This document shows, in pieces, positions 18,593-27,213 of a stretch of 64,000 bases of DNA. The number at the start of each line of letters is the position of its first letter. Within the stretch, counting starts at the first letter, position 1. The stretch comes from an uncultured Acidimicrobiia bacterium. Its GTDB lineage: Bacteria; Actinomycetota; Acidimicrobiia; Spongiisociales; UBA5794. Below the pieces are notes generated by a model, which was not told the origin of the DNA, ran no database searches, and worked only from the letters and a program-made list of their open reading frames with translations. Both the position numbers and the translations under genes were made by a program. The DNA is taken from contig CAXMQQ010000019.1 of NCBI GenBank assembly GCA_964195545.1, positions 23,581-87,580 of the forward strand, in the 5' to 3' direction.

Positions 18593-18690
18593 GTGGCCGC
18601 GAGGGTACCGGCGAGAACGGCCAGACCGGCGGTACTGAGTGTGCGAACAGCCGACAGCCAGGATGGTTGAGCGTATCACTGCCAGCCGAG

Positions 18691-18726
18691 GTCTTCGAGC
18701 TGTTGGCTGTCTTCGAGCTGTTGGCT
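18691..18726. repeat. Exact tandem duplication of an 18-mer
   Basis: gtcttcgagctgttggct occurs twice, followed by a degenerate third unit gtcttctgcctgctgg. Lies in the 154-bp spacer between the PilT-like gene and rnhA. Confidence 0.8.
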
Positions 18727-18746
18727 GTCTTCTGCCTGCTGGACCA

Positions 18747-19838
18747 CTACCCGCTCATCACTCCACGGGTCTGCGCAGCGACCTTGAAGTCTGTCGTTGA
18801 CGTGGCGTGGGACAAGGCGTCCTCGAACGACACCAATCCTGTCGTGTAGAGGGACAGGATGGCCTGGTCGTAGGTCCTCATGCCGAAGAACTCCCCTTCG
18901 GCGACATCCACGGCGATCGACGGCGTGCTCTCCTCGTTCTTGAGTTTCTCCGCAACACGTTCCGTGTTGACGAGTACTTCGACCGCCGCCACCCGTCCAT
19001 TCCCATCTACTCGAGGAATAAGCTGCTGACTGACGACGCCCTTCAAGGTGGTCGACAGAATCTGCCTCACTTGCTGGCGCTGGTACGGCTCGAAGGCCTC
19101 GACAATCCGGCTGATCGTCTCGAGTCCGTCGAAGGTCGGCAAGATAGCGACAACGAGGTGTCCCGTCTCCGAGGCGCGCAGGGCCGCTGCGACGGTCTCC
19201 CGATCGGGGAGATCCCCTACAAAGATCACGTCGGTGTCGTTACGCATCGCTGCCTGGAGGCCTGTTGAGAACGAAGCGGTATCGAGTCCGACCTCTCGTT
19301 GAGAGACCAGCGACTGGTTGTCCGGGAATAGGTTCTCGATCGGATCTTCGATCGTGACGATGCTGCCATTGCGGGTCGCGTTGATGTGCTCGACCACCGA
19401 AGCGGCAGTTGTGGTTCGACCTGAACCGGCGGGACCGGTGATGAGCAGCAACCCCGGCCGCTCATCCGCGAGCCCCTCGATGCTGGCCGGGAGGCCCAGG
19501 GCCTCGAATCCGCCATTGACCGTGCCGACGGTGCGAAGCACCAGGGTCAGAGACCCGCGCTGACGGAACGCGCTGACGCGAAATCGTCCGAGCCCGGAGC
19601 GACCGATAGCGAAATCTGCCTCGCCTGAGGACTCGAGAGCGGCCCGCGCTCTTTCGGTGACGATCTCCTCGAGGTAGCGCTCGGTGTCGGCCGGCATGGT
19701 CGAAGGAAGATCAGAACGACGAACGGCACCATCTATCCGAAATGCAGGTGGCGATCCCACCTTGAGGTGTAGGTCGGATCCGCCGATCGCGGTCAGCTTC
19801 TCGAGTAGTTCGTCGAAGGATGGCAACGGTTCAGTCAA
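18747..19838 (-). CDS. PilT-like secretion-ATPase-fold protein with degenerate catalytic motifs
   Basis: 363 aa with PilT/GspE architecture. Walker A reads GPAGSGRTTT (Lys to Arg). Asp box TIEDPIE is kept. Walker B reads VIFVGDLPD (GEMRD expected). His box reads TGHLVVAILPT (TLHT expected). Confidence 0.8.
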   Translation of the reverse strand: MTEPLPSFDELLEKLTAIGGSDLHLKVGSPPAFRIDGAVRRSDLPSTMPADTERYLEEIVTERARAALESSGEADFAIGRSGLGRFRVSAFRQRGSLTLVLRTVGTVNGGFEALGLPASIEGLADERPGLLLITGPAGSGRTTTAASVVEHINATRNGSIVTIEDPIENLFPDNQSLVSQREVGLDTASFSTGLQAAMRNDTDVIFVGDLPDRETVAAALRASETGHLVVAILPTFDGLETISRIVEAFEPYQRQQVRQILSTTLKGVVSQQLIPRVDGNGRVAAVEVLVNTERVAEKLKNEESTPSIAVDVAEGEFFGMRTYDQAILSLYTTGLVSFEDALSHATSTTDFKVAAQTRGVMSG

Positions 19839-19863
19839 TTCGGCTCCTCGATCCCTGTGGTGG

Positions 19864-20898
19864 TTACCGCGTATATCGGCGCGCTGACAGCTCCCCTTGA
19901 TCGAGATCCCAGAAGAGCGAGTGCACTTCGACGGCGTTGTCTATCGCCGGATCGCCACTCTCCGAAGCGTCGAGTGGCGGAAGGCCGGACGCAAACCCGT
20001 CAATTGTCGCTGTCACTGATTCGCGGATGGCTTGAAGGTCATATCCGCCTTCGAGATAGAACACCGTGTTCGTTCGCTGCATCTCCTCACCCAGCGCAGC
20101 CGCCATCGCCCCGTAGTCAACGGCGACCAGGGCCATCCCACCGAGAGGATCGGCCGTGTGGCCGTCGAAGCCGGCGCTGACGAGCAACCAATCGGGCCCG
20201 AACTGGTCGAGGATCGGGAGAACGATCCTCGAGAACGCCTCTCGGTACACGGTTCCGTCCGATCCTCCGCTCACCGGAATGTTCACCGTTGCTCCGATTC
20301 CCAACCCCCTCCCCACTTCCTGTAACCGACCCGTCCCCGGGTAGAACGGTGCGTGGTGCAGCGAGACAAAGAGCACGTCCGGCGAACGGAAGAAGATCTC
20401 TTGCGTTCCGTTCCCGTGATGGACATCCCAGTCGACGATGGCCACTCTCTGTCCTCGCCGTACGAGGGACGCGGCTGACACCGCGACGTTGTTGATCAGG
20501 CAGAATCCCATCGTTCGATCGTTCTCCGCGTGATGCCCGGGGGGTCGTACAACCGCGAATCCGACGTCAATATCGTCGCGTTCGATCGCATCGATAGCGG
20601 TCAGCCCCGCACCGGCGGCGAAACGTGCGGCGTCCCACGATCTCTCCATGGCGTAGGTGTCGGGATCGATCGATCCTCCACCTTCGACGCAGAATCCCTG
20701 CAACTGGTCAAGGAAGTCGGATTCGTGCACGGCGAGCAACTCTTCTCGCGTTGCCGCCCGCGCTTCGATGCGTTGGGTATCGACGACGCTCGACAGAGCG
20801 CCGTCAATCGCGGCGGCGAGTCGCTCCGGTCGCTCCGGGTGCTGGCGAGGCGGGACATGCTCCAGGCTTGACGGATGTGTGACGAGTACAGACCGCAT
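19864..20898 (-). CDS. Histone deacetylase-family (AcuC/Hda-like) deacetylase
   Basis: ORF 19864..21063 trimmed to ATG 20898 (MRSVLVTHPSSLEH...). Contains RPPGHHA and VDWDVHHGNGTQ motifs. Confidence 0.85.
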   Translation of the reverse strand: MRSVLVTHPSSLEHVPPRQHPERPERLAAAIDGALSSVVDTQRIEARAATREELLAVHESDFLDQLQGFCVEGGGSIDPDTYAMERSWDAARFAAGAGLTAIDAIERDDIDVGFAVVRPPGHHAENDRTMGFCLINNVAVSAASLVRRGQRVAIVDWDVHHGNGTQEIFFRSPDVLFVSLHHAPFYPGTGRLQEVGRGLGIGATVNIPVSGGSDGTVYREAFSRIVLPILDQFGPDWLLVSAGFDGHTADPLGGMALVAVDYGAMAAALGEEMQRTNTVFYLEGGYDLQAIRESVTATIDGFASGLPPLDASESGDPAIDNAVEVHSLFWDLDQGELSARRYTR

Positions 20899-21027
20899 TG
20901 CCACATGGTCGCACGGTTGGAGGATCGAACGCACATCGCACTGCGTCGCCGCCCCTGCATCAAGCCCGGCGGCGTGGTCTCTCTTGCACGGTACGCTGAC
21001 GAAACAGGAGGAGTGCGCAGAGGTGTC

Positions 21028-21762
21028 ATGCCATTGAACGAGCACCCGATACCGGTTCTGCAACGTGGCTCCTGGCCGCAGCCGATCCGCTTCAGGAAGG
21101 GCTGGGCGCGAGCCGAGGCCCGAACCTGGAATGATCGTGTCCCCGACGCCGCGTTGCGTCTCGTCCGTGGCGGATCGGCCTTCTTGGAGCTGTGTTCCGA
21201 ACGGTTGAACGAGCTCGGTGCACCCTACGTCCTCTCTCCCCCTCTACCCCAGAGCAGTCGGCGGCCGTGGGAAGCCGCCGGGTTCGTCGAGTTCGTTCCG
21301 TTGGCGTTCATGCGCCACGATCTCCCGAGCGGACTCCCCTCACCGGACCATCTCGTCATCGCTCCTCCCGACCACTCGATCGAGGATCTGCTCCGCATCG
21401 ACCATGCTGCCTTTGACGATTTCTGGCGATTCGATCGATTCGGGATGGCCGAGGCCGTCGGGGCGACACCGAAGACGAAGTCACTCCTCATTCGCGGGCC
21501 GGACGGTGTTCCCGTCGCCTTCGCCATCGTCGGATTCGGTCACGCTATGTCCTACCTGCAACGCCTCGCCGTTCATTCCGATTGGCAGGGTCAACAGATG
21601 GGTCGGTCGTTGATACGGGCGGCCACTCGAACGGCACAATCGGCGGGGAGCAGGGCGATGATGCTCAACACGCAGACCGACAATGACGCCGCTATCTCTC
21701 TCTATGCGTCCGAAGGGTTCGTCACACTCCCAGAGCCTCTCGCCGTGCTTCGTCGAGGTTGA
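21028..21762 (+). CDS. GNAT-family N-acetyltransferase
   Basis: ORF 20875..21762 trimmed to ATG 21028 (start uncertain). C-terminal acetyl-CoA motif LQRLAVHSDWQGQQMGRSLI...LYASEGF. Confidence 0.75.
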   Translation: MPLNEHPIPVLQRGSWPQPIRFRKGWARAEARTWNDRVPDAALRLVRGGSAFLELCSERLNELGAPYVLSPPLPQSSRRPWEAAGFVEFVPLAFMRHDLPSGLPSPDHLVIAPPDHSIEDLLRIDHAAFDDFWRFDRFGMAEAVGATPKTKSLLIRGPDGVPVAFAIVGFGHAMSYLQRLAVHSDWQGQQMGRSLIRAATRTAQSAGSRAMMLNTQTDNDAAISLYASEGFVTLPEPLAVLRRG

Positions 21763-21765
21763 TCG

Positions 21766-23055
21766 ATGCCCCCTCGGATCCCTGACCGATATCGGATGAA
21801 CGTCCGACTCGGTGCCGATGGTGACATCGAGGAATGGATGGCGACGGATGAACACCTTGAGCGTCCCGTCCTGATTCGGTTCCCCGGCCCCGATGCCGAC
21901 ACCGATCGCATCGCCTCATTCCTTGCTCCTGTTCGTGCGGCCGCTGCGACCACTCACCCTCATGTTCAGATGATCTATACGGCTGGTGAAGTCGATGGAT
22001 CAGCGTTCGCTGTGGCCGAATGGGACGGTGCCGTGACCATCGCCGATCGTCTCAGGGCAGGCGAGACACTCCCAATAGCGGAGTACCTCACCAACGCGTC
22101 GGGCCTGGCCTCCGGCTTGGCCGCATTTCATGCAAACGGGGGTATCCACGGAGCGATCGACCCGCGCGCCATCCACTTCTCTGCTGCTCACCCCGCACGT
22201 CTCGCGAGCTTCGGGCGGGTTCCTCTCACGACTACTGCTGCCGACGACACCGCCGCACTCGCGGCTGCACTCCGCACAGCGATCACAGGAAGCGACAACC
22301 CTGCCGTCCTGCCATCTCACGTCGCGGAGGGGATTCCCTCATCCGTCGACAACGCTCTGGGAGCGGCCGAATCAGGGGCGATCGACGCGACGGGCCTCGC
22401 TGCTGCCCTGAGTTCGTCATCACTGCACCCTCAACCCGACGTCGGACGACCATGGTCTCTCAAGCCCCTTGTCGCGTTCGCCTTCGTTGTCGCAGCCGTT
22501 ATCGGTCTCTCCATCCTGGGGCTCTCCATCGACGTCGATCCCGATTCGCCGTTCCTCTACCCAGCCGCGCCGGCGGATCAAGAGCACGCCACGCCGGCGA
22601 GTTCGATCCAAGCATCGGACACGCCAGCCGAGAACGCCATACCCGCCACCGTCACCGTCTACGACCCGTTTGGCGACGGCATCGAGAACGACGATTCCCT
22701 TGCCGCTGTGGCAGATGGAAGGCAATCAACGATGTGGGAGACCGAGCCCTATCCGGCCCCGCTCGACCAGACGAAGGAGGGCGTTGGCGTCATTCTGGAG
22801 TCTCCTATTCCAATCGGTGCGATCGAGATCACCGGTACGCCCGGTACCAGATTCACGGTGGCGTGGAATGTGACGCTCCCCGACGTTCCGGACGACTGGG
22901 AACGAATCGGTGCAGGACAGATCCTCACGGGTACGACGCGCCTCGACGTCGCTCACCGGGAGCAGGGGTTCTGGCTCGTCTGGATCACGTCGCTGCCGCA
23001 GCGGACCGACGGCTCATATGGGACGTCGATCGCAGAGATCCGCCTCCTCCCTTGA
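21766..23055 (+). CDS. Membrane-anchored pseudokinase with extracytoplasmic beta-rich domain
   Basis: 429 aa. Hanks-kinase-like N-domain with VAIK replaced by VLIR, HRD by HGA, DFG by SFG. One TM helix (LVAFAFVVAAVIGLSILGLSI). About 190-aa C-terminal outside domain. Starts 3 nt after the GNAT stop. Confidence 0.7.
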   Translation: MPPRIPDRYRMNVRLGADGDIEEWMATDEHLERPVLIRFPGPDADTDRIASFLAPVRAAAATTHPHVQMIYTAGEVDGSAFAVAEWDGAVTIADRLRAGETLPIAEYLTNASGLASGLAAFHANGGIHGAIDPRAIHFSAAHPARLASFGRVPLTTTAADDTAALAAALRTAITGSDNPAVLPSHVAEGIPSSVDNALGAAESGAIDATGLAAALSSSSLHPQPDVGRPWSLKPLVAFAFVVAAVIGLSILGLSIDVDPDSPFLYPAAPADQEHATPASSIQASDTPAENAIPATVTVYDPFGDGIENDDSLAAVADGRQSTMWETEPYPAPLDQTKEGVGVILESPIPIGAIEITGTPGTRFTVAWNVTLPDVPDDWERIGAGQILTGTTRLDVAHREQGFWLVWITSLPQRTDGSYGTSIAEIRLLP

Positions 23056-23101
23056 CGGATTGCTTCACCTCCGATCGCCCACCTGACCAGAATCAGGACC
23101 G

Positions 23102-23677
23102 ATGACCTCTCGTTCCACAGAAGACCGCGAGTTGATACGCCGCTACCTCGAAGGCGACGTATCGGCGTTCGACGAGCTCATGCACGCCCACGAGAACCGT
23201 GTCTTCGCTATTTGTCTCCGCATGATGAGGGATAGGGACTCGGCCCTCGACGCGACGCAGGATGTCTTCCTCACCGTCTTTCGCAAAGCCGACCGCTACA
23301 AGGAACAGGCTGCCTTCAGCACGTGGCTCTATCGCGTCGCTGTGAACACGTGCTACGACCACCTGAGACGCCAGAAACGCCAACGCACCACGTCGATGCC
23401 TGAGCACCTCGACCCCTCAGATCCTCGCGGCGGTGACGAGTTCCGTGCCGTCGAGCTTCGCCCCGACATCGAAACGGCACTCGCCGCACTCACTCCGGAG
23501 TTCCGCTCTGCCGTTGTGCTCGTCGACCTCGACGGCATGTCGCTAGAGGGAGCCGCAGATACCCTCGAAGTACCCGTTGGAACGGTCAAGAGCCGCGTGT
23601 TCCGGGCGAGGAAGCAGCTCGCCAAAGATCTCGGGAACTTTGCGCCAGGGTCCGAGCATCCAACTGATGAATCATGA
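23102..23677 (+). CDS. ECF (group 4) RNA polymerase sigma factor, SigM-like by position
   Basis: 191 aa. Region 2 (DATQDVFLTVF...FSTWLYRVAVNTCYDHLRR) and region 4 (LEGAADTLEVPVGTVKSRVFRARK). Confidence 0.9.
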   Translation: MTSRSTEDRELIRRYLEGDVSAFDELMHAHENRVFAICLRMMRDRDSALDATQDVFLTVFRKADRYKEQAAFSTWLYRVAVNTCYDHLRRQKRQRTTSMPEHLDPSDPRGGDEFRAVELRPDIETALAALTPEFRSAVVLVDLDGMSLEGAADTLEVPVGTVKSRVFRARKQLAKDLGNFAPGSEHPTDES

Positions 23678-24567
23678 ACGAACGTAACCAGAATCTCATC
23701 ATCGACCTGATCGGCGGACGCCTGTCCCCCGATGATGAGCGTGCGGCCCTGAACCGAATCGAAGAAGATTCGGTCCTTCGGGCTGAGTACGAGGCACAGA
23801 TGTCGGCTATCTCCATCCTCGAAGCAGTTGCGCCGCCGATGATGACGGCAGATGAGCGGGCGATACTGCACGCGACGCTTCGCCGGCAACTCCATCTCGA
23901 CGATTCCCCCGTCCCTGTTATTGCGGCGCCGTCTCGATGGCAACGTTGGTGGGCGCCGGTCGGCGGTCTCGCGGTTGCAGCCGCCGTGATCGTCGGTGCC
24001 GTCGTCGTCCTACCCAACAATCTTTCGGGGAGTGACTCGGACACTTCTTTCGCTGCGGCTTCCGCCGAGATCACCACGACGGCACCGACCGCATCGCTCA
24101 CCGATGATCTCGCCGGGGTCGCAGCAGAGGAGGGCACGGGTGAGAACAGCGTCGGCGCTGCGGCACCCGAAGCGACCGAGAACGCTCCCGACGAGGAAAG
24201 TTCCGAATACGCGGAGACCCAGGCCGTGGACACCGACGAAGCAACCACCTCCCCGTCGTCTCTCCCATATCTGGTGGATGTCGATCTCGGCTTGCTCGAA
24301 GGCGACCTCTCTTCCGACCCGGATGCTCTCAGAAGCAACCCGTCACCTGCTTCGTCGAAGTCTGTCGACTTCGACGCCATTCGGGTGGATGCTTGCCTCA
24401 ATTCTCTCCGAGTCGACAGTCAGACATCGGAGATTATCCCCATCGCTCTCACCACCTATGAAGGCACTGAGTCCGTGGTCGTATCCGTCGCCCCTTCTTC
24501 AGGGGAATCCTTCCTCGCGGTCTATTCAGTGGCCTTGTGCCGGGAACTTGCCAGCACGCAGGGATGA
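23674..24567 (+). CDS. Putative anti-sigma factor (single-pass membrane protein)
   Basis: ATGA overlap with the sigma gene. About 90-aa cytoplasmic N-domain, TM helix WWAPVGGLAVAAAVIVGAVVVL, then an acidic/Ser/Thr-rich outside region. Confidence 0.65.
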   Translation: MNERNQNLIIDLIGGRLSPDDERAALNRIEEDSVLRAEYEAQMSAISILEAVAPPMMTADERAILHATLRRQLHLDDSPVPVIAAPSRWQRWWAPVGGLAVAAAVIVGAVVVLPNNLSGSDSDTSFAAASAEITTTAPTASLTDDLAGVAAEEGTGENSVGAAAPEATENAPDEESSEYAETQAVDTDEATTSPSSLPYLVDVDLGLLEGDLSSDPDALRSNPSPASSKSVDFDAIRVDACLNSLRVDSQTSEIIPIALTTYEGTESVVVSVAPSSGESFLAVYSVALCRELASTQG

Positions 24568-24592
24568 CCGGTCCGACATTCGGCTATCCTCA

Positions 24593-24910
24593 ATGACCAT
24601 GACCGATCGACCGCGCAACGACTACCCGGCCAAGATCGCCGACTTCCTTGAGCAACTTGCCACTCGCATCCGTTCGCTCACGGTCGATCGAGCATTCCTG
24701 GCTGTTACGTGGACGGCGATCGGGATCGTCATCGCAACGGTCGCGATCCTCGCTGTGATCTGGTTGCTCGTCGGTTTCTTCCGTGCTCTCGGTACCCTGA
24801 TCGGACAGGAACTCGCATACGCCGTCGTCGGGGGCATATTGCTCATCGCCGGAGCGTTGGTCTGGATGAAGAGAATTCCAGAAGACGAGACAACATCACA
24901 ACTGGAGTGA
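24593..24910 (+). CDS. Small hypothetical membrane protein (2 TM)
   Basis: In-frame tail of ORF 23996..24910 from ATG 24593 (MTMTDRPRNDYPAKIADFLEQL...). Stop is 2 nt before the trxB ATG. Confidence 0.5.
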   Translation: MTMTDRPRNDYPAKIADFLEQLATRIRSLTVDRAFLAVTWTAIGIVIATVAILAVIWLLVGFFRALGTLIGQELAYAVVGGILLIAGALVWMKRIPEDETTSQLE

Positions 24911-24912
24911 CC

Positions 24913-25836
24913 ATGGCCGAGACGGTCTTGATCATCGGGTCTGGCCCAGCCGGACTCACCGCCGCTATCTACGCAGCCCGCGCAGACCTCAATCCTCTCA
25001 TGATTGAAGGCATGGAGCGCGGTGGACAGTTGATGCTCACCACCGAAGTTGAGAACTATCCGGGATTCCCCGAGGGGATCATGGGTCCCGAACTCATGGA
25101 TGGGATGCGCAAGCAAGCCGAGCGCTTCGGCACCCGCATCGTCTCGTCCGACGTGACGAAAGTCGACCTCTCGGAACGTCCGTTCAAGGTCTGGATCGGT
25201 CAGGAACTCCACGAGTCAGAGTCCCTCATCATTTCAACTGGGGCCTCTGCGCGGTGGCTCGGGATTCCTGGTGAGAGCCGCCTTCGTGGCTATGGCGTTT
25301 CTGCATGTGCGACGTGTGACGGTTTCTTCTTCCGCGACCGCGAGATAGCGATCGTGGGTGGCGGCGACTCAGCCATGGAGGAGGCGCTCTTCCTCACGAA
25401 GTTCGCCTCGAAAGTCACGATCCTTCACCGTCGAGACGAGTTCAGGGCGTCGAAGATCATGGCCCACCGTGCGATCGAGCATCCGAAGATAGAAGTCCTG
25501 TGGAACACGACGCCCGAAGAGGTTCTTGGCGACGATCTCGTCACGGGTCTTCGCGTGAGGAATGTCCTCACCGACGAAGGGTCGGTACTGCCGGTCGAGG
25601 GATTCTTCCTCGCCATCGGCCATGACCCGAATACCAAGATTTTCCAAGACCAACTGAACCTGGATGCCTCCGGGTACATCTCATCCAACGGAGGCTCGAC
25701 GCAAACCTCTGTTGAGGGCGTTTTCGCCGCAGGAGACGTTGTCGATCACTACTACCAGCAAGCCGTAACGGCCGCAGGCATGGGCTGCCAGGCCGCCATC
25801 GACGTCGAGCACTGGCTCAATCGAGCCGAAGCCTGA
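24913..25836 (+). CDS. trxB: Thioredoxin-disulfide reductase
   Basis: ORF 24709..25836 trimmed to ATG 24913 (MAETVLIIGSGPAGLTAAIYAARA). Redox-active CATCDG present. Confidence 0.95.
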   Translation: MAETVLIIGSGPAGLTAAIYAARADLNPLMIEGMERGGQLMLTTEVENYPGFPEGIMGPELMDGMRKQAERFGTRIVSSDVTKVDLSERPFKVWIGQELHESESLIISTGASARWLGIPGESRLRGYGVSACATCDGFFFRDREIAIVGGGDSAMEEALFLTKFASKVTILHRRDEFRASKIMAHRAIEHPKIEVLWNTTPEEVLGDDLVTGLRVRNVLTDEGSVLPVEGFFLAIGHDPNTKIFQDQLNLDASGYISSNGGSTQTSVEGVFAAGDVVDHYYQQAVTAAGMGCQAAIDVEHWLNRAEA

Positions 25837-25893
25837 ATCCAAGATCGTCCGCCACCAACCGGTCGGCGGATCACCGACCACGAGGGAGCCGAG

Positions 25894-26220
25894 ATGGGAC
25901 AGAACACCGTCAAAGGAAGCGATGCCACCTTTGTCGAATTGGTCGGCTCATCGCTGCCGACTCTCGTCGATTTCTGGGCAGAGTGGTGCGGGCCGTGCAA
26001 GATGATGGACGGGCCTCTCGAAGAGATCGCAGGAGAACGAGCCGGGACACTCCAGATCGTCAAACTCAACGTCGACGAGAACCCCTCCACGGCGATGCAG
26101 TTCGGTGTGATGAGCATACCGACGATGATCATCTTCCAGGGCGGAGAAGAGCGGAAACGCCTCGTCGGTGCCAGGAGCAAGGCTCAACTGGAAGCCGAGA
26201 TCACCGCCTTCGTCTCCTGA
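25894..26220 (+). CDS. trxA: Thioredoxin
   Basis: 108 aa with the WAEWCGPCKMM active site. Confidence 0.95.
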   Translation: MGQNTVKGSDATFVELVGSSLPTLVDFWAEWCGPCKMMDGPLEEIAGERAGTLQIVKLNVDENPSTAMQFGVMSIPTMIIFQGGEERKRLVGARSKAQLEAEITAFVS

Positions 26221-26245
26221 GCTTTGATCACCCGGTAACGGGACC

Positions 26246-27208
26246 GTGAGGCTCTACCACCAGGGAGACCGAGGAGAGCCGGTTCGCGACATCCAGCGCC
26301 GCTTGACGAGCCTCGGAATTCACACCGCCGTCGACGGTTCGTACGGATCAGAAACACTCGTGTCCGTGCAGTCCTTCCAAGAGACACGAGGGTTGCCGGC
26401 GGACGGGATTGTGGGTCCTGAGACGTGGCGAACGCTGGTCGACGCCGGGTTTCGGCTCGGCGACCGCATGCTGTATCGGCGCTCTCCGATGGTGCGCGGC
26501 GACGACGTCTCCCGGCTCCAGCAGAGCCTTGGATCCCTTGGTTTCGACGCAGGCAAGGTCGACGGGCTCTTCGGACCCGACACGCTAGGGGCGGTACTCG
26601 ACTTCCAGCACAACAGGGGAATGGCCGAGGACGGGTTCGCCGGCCGCGAGGTTGTTGAGGAGCTGCTCCTGATGTCGAGAGCAACGGAGAAACCCGGCAG
26701 AGAGGCGGTCCGAGAGCACGAATGGATCGATTCTCTCCCACATCCGATCACCGGCGCCCGCATCTACGTTGACCCGGACAGGGGCGAAGATTCAACACCG
26801 GACGCTACCTGGTCGGCAGGGACTCGCCTCACGTCCGAACTCAAGCGCTCTGGTGCTCGCGTCTTGTTGTCTCGCAGCGTTGACACGGCACCGAATGAGC
26901 GTTTCCGTGCGCAGCGTGCGAACCGTCTCGACGTTCAGATCGTCGTGTCAATCACCGTTCCTCGGGACGACGTCGAGAGCGTCTTCTACTTCGGAACTCC
27001 GCTCAGTACGAGCGATGCGGGGAAGACGATCGCCGAGCACGTCGCCGCCAGGCTCGGGGTTCCAGCGCTCCCCCGCGCCGTCCCTCTCCTGAAAGAGACG
27101 CGCTCCTCGGCCATCGTCGTCTCCCTGGCGACGCCCACAGGCGAGACAGGTACTGTGATAGCTAAGGCGATCGTCGATCTCTACGCGAACGGACCGGACG
27201 AGATCTGA
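26246..27208 (+). CDS. cwlM: CwlM-like N-acetylmuramoyl-L-alanine amidase with two peptidoglycan-binding repeats
   Basis: 320 aa. Two PG_binding_1-type repeats (VRDIQRRLTSLG...; VSRLQQSLGSLG...) then an amidase_3-like C-domain. Position after trxB-trxA matches Rv3915. Confidence 0.8.
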   Translation: MRLYHQGDRGEPVRDIQRRLTSLGIHTAVDGSYGSETLVSVQSFQETRGLPADGIVGPETWRTLVDAGFRLGDRMLYRRSPMVRGDDVSRLQQSLGSLGFDAGKVDGLFGPDTLGAVLDFQHNRGMAEDGFAGREVVEELLLMSRATEKPGREAVREHEWIDSLPHPITGARIYVDPDRGEDSTPDATWSAGTRLTSELKRSGARVLLSRSVDTAPNERFRAQRANRLDVQIVVSITVPRDDVESVFYFGTPLSTSDAGKTIAEHVAARLGVPALPRAVPLLKETRSSAIVVSLATPTGETGTVIAKAIVDLYANGPDEI

Positions 27209-27213
27209 GTCGC

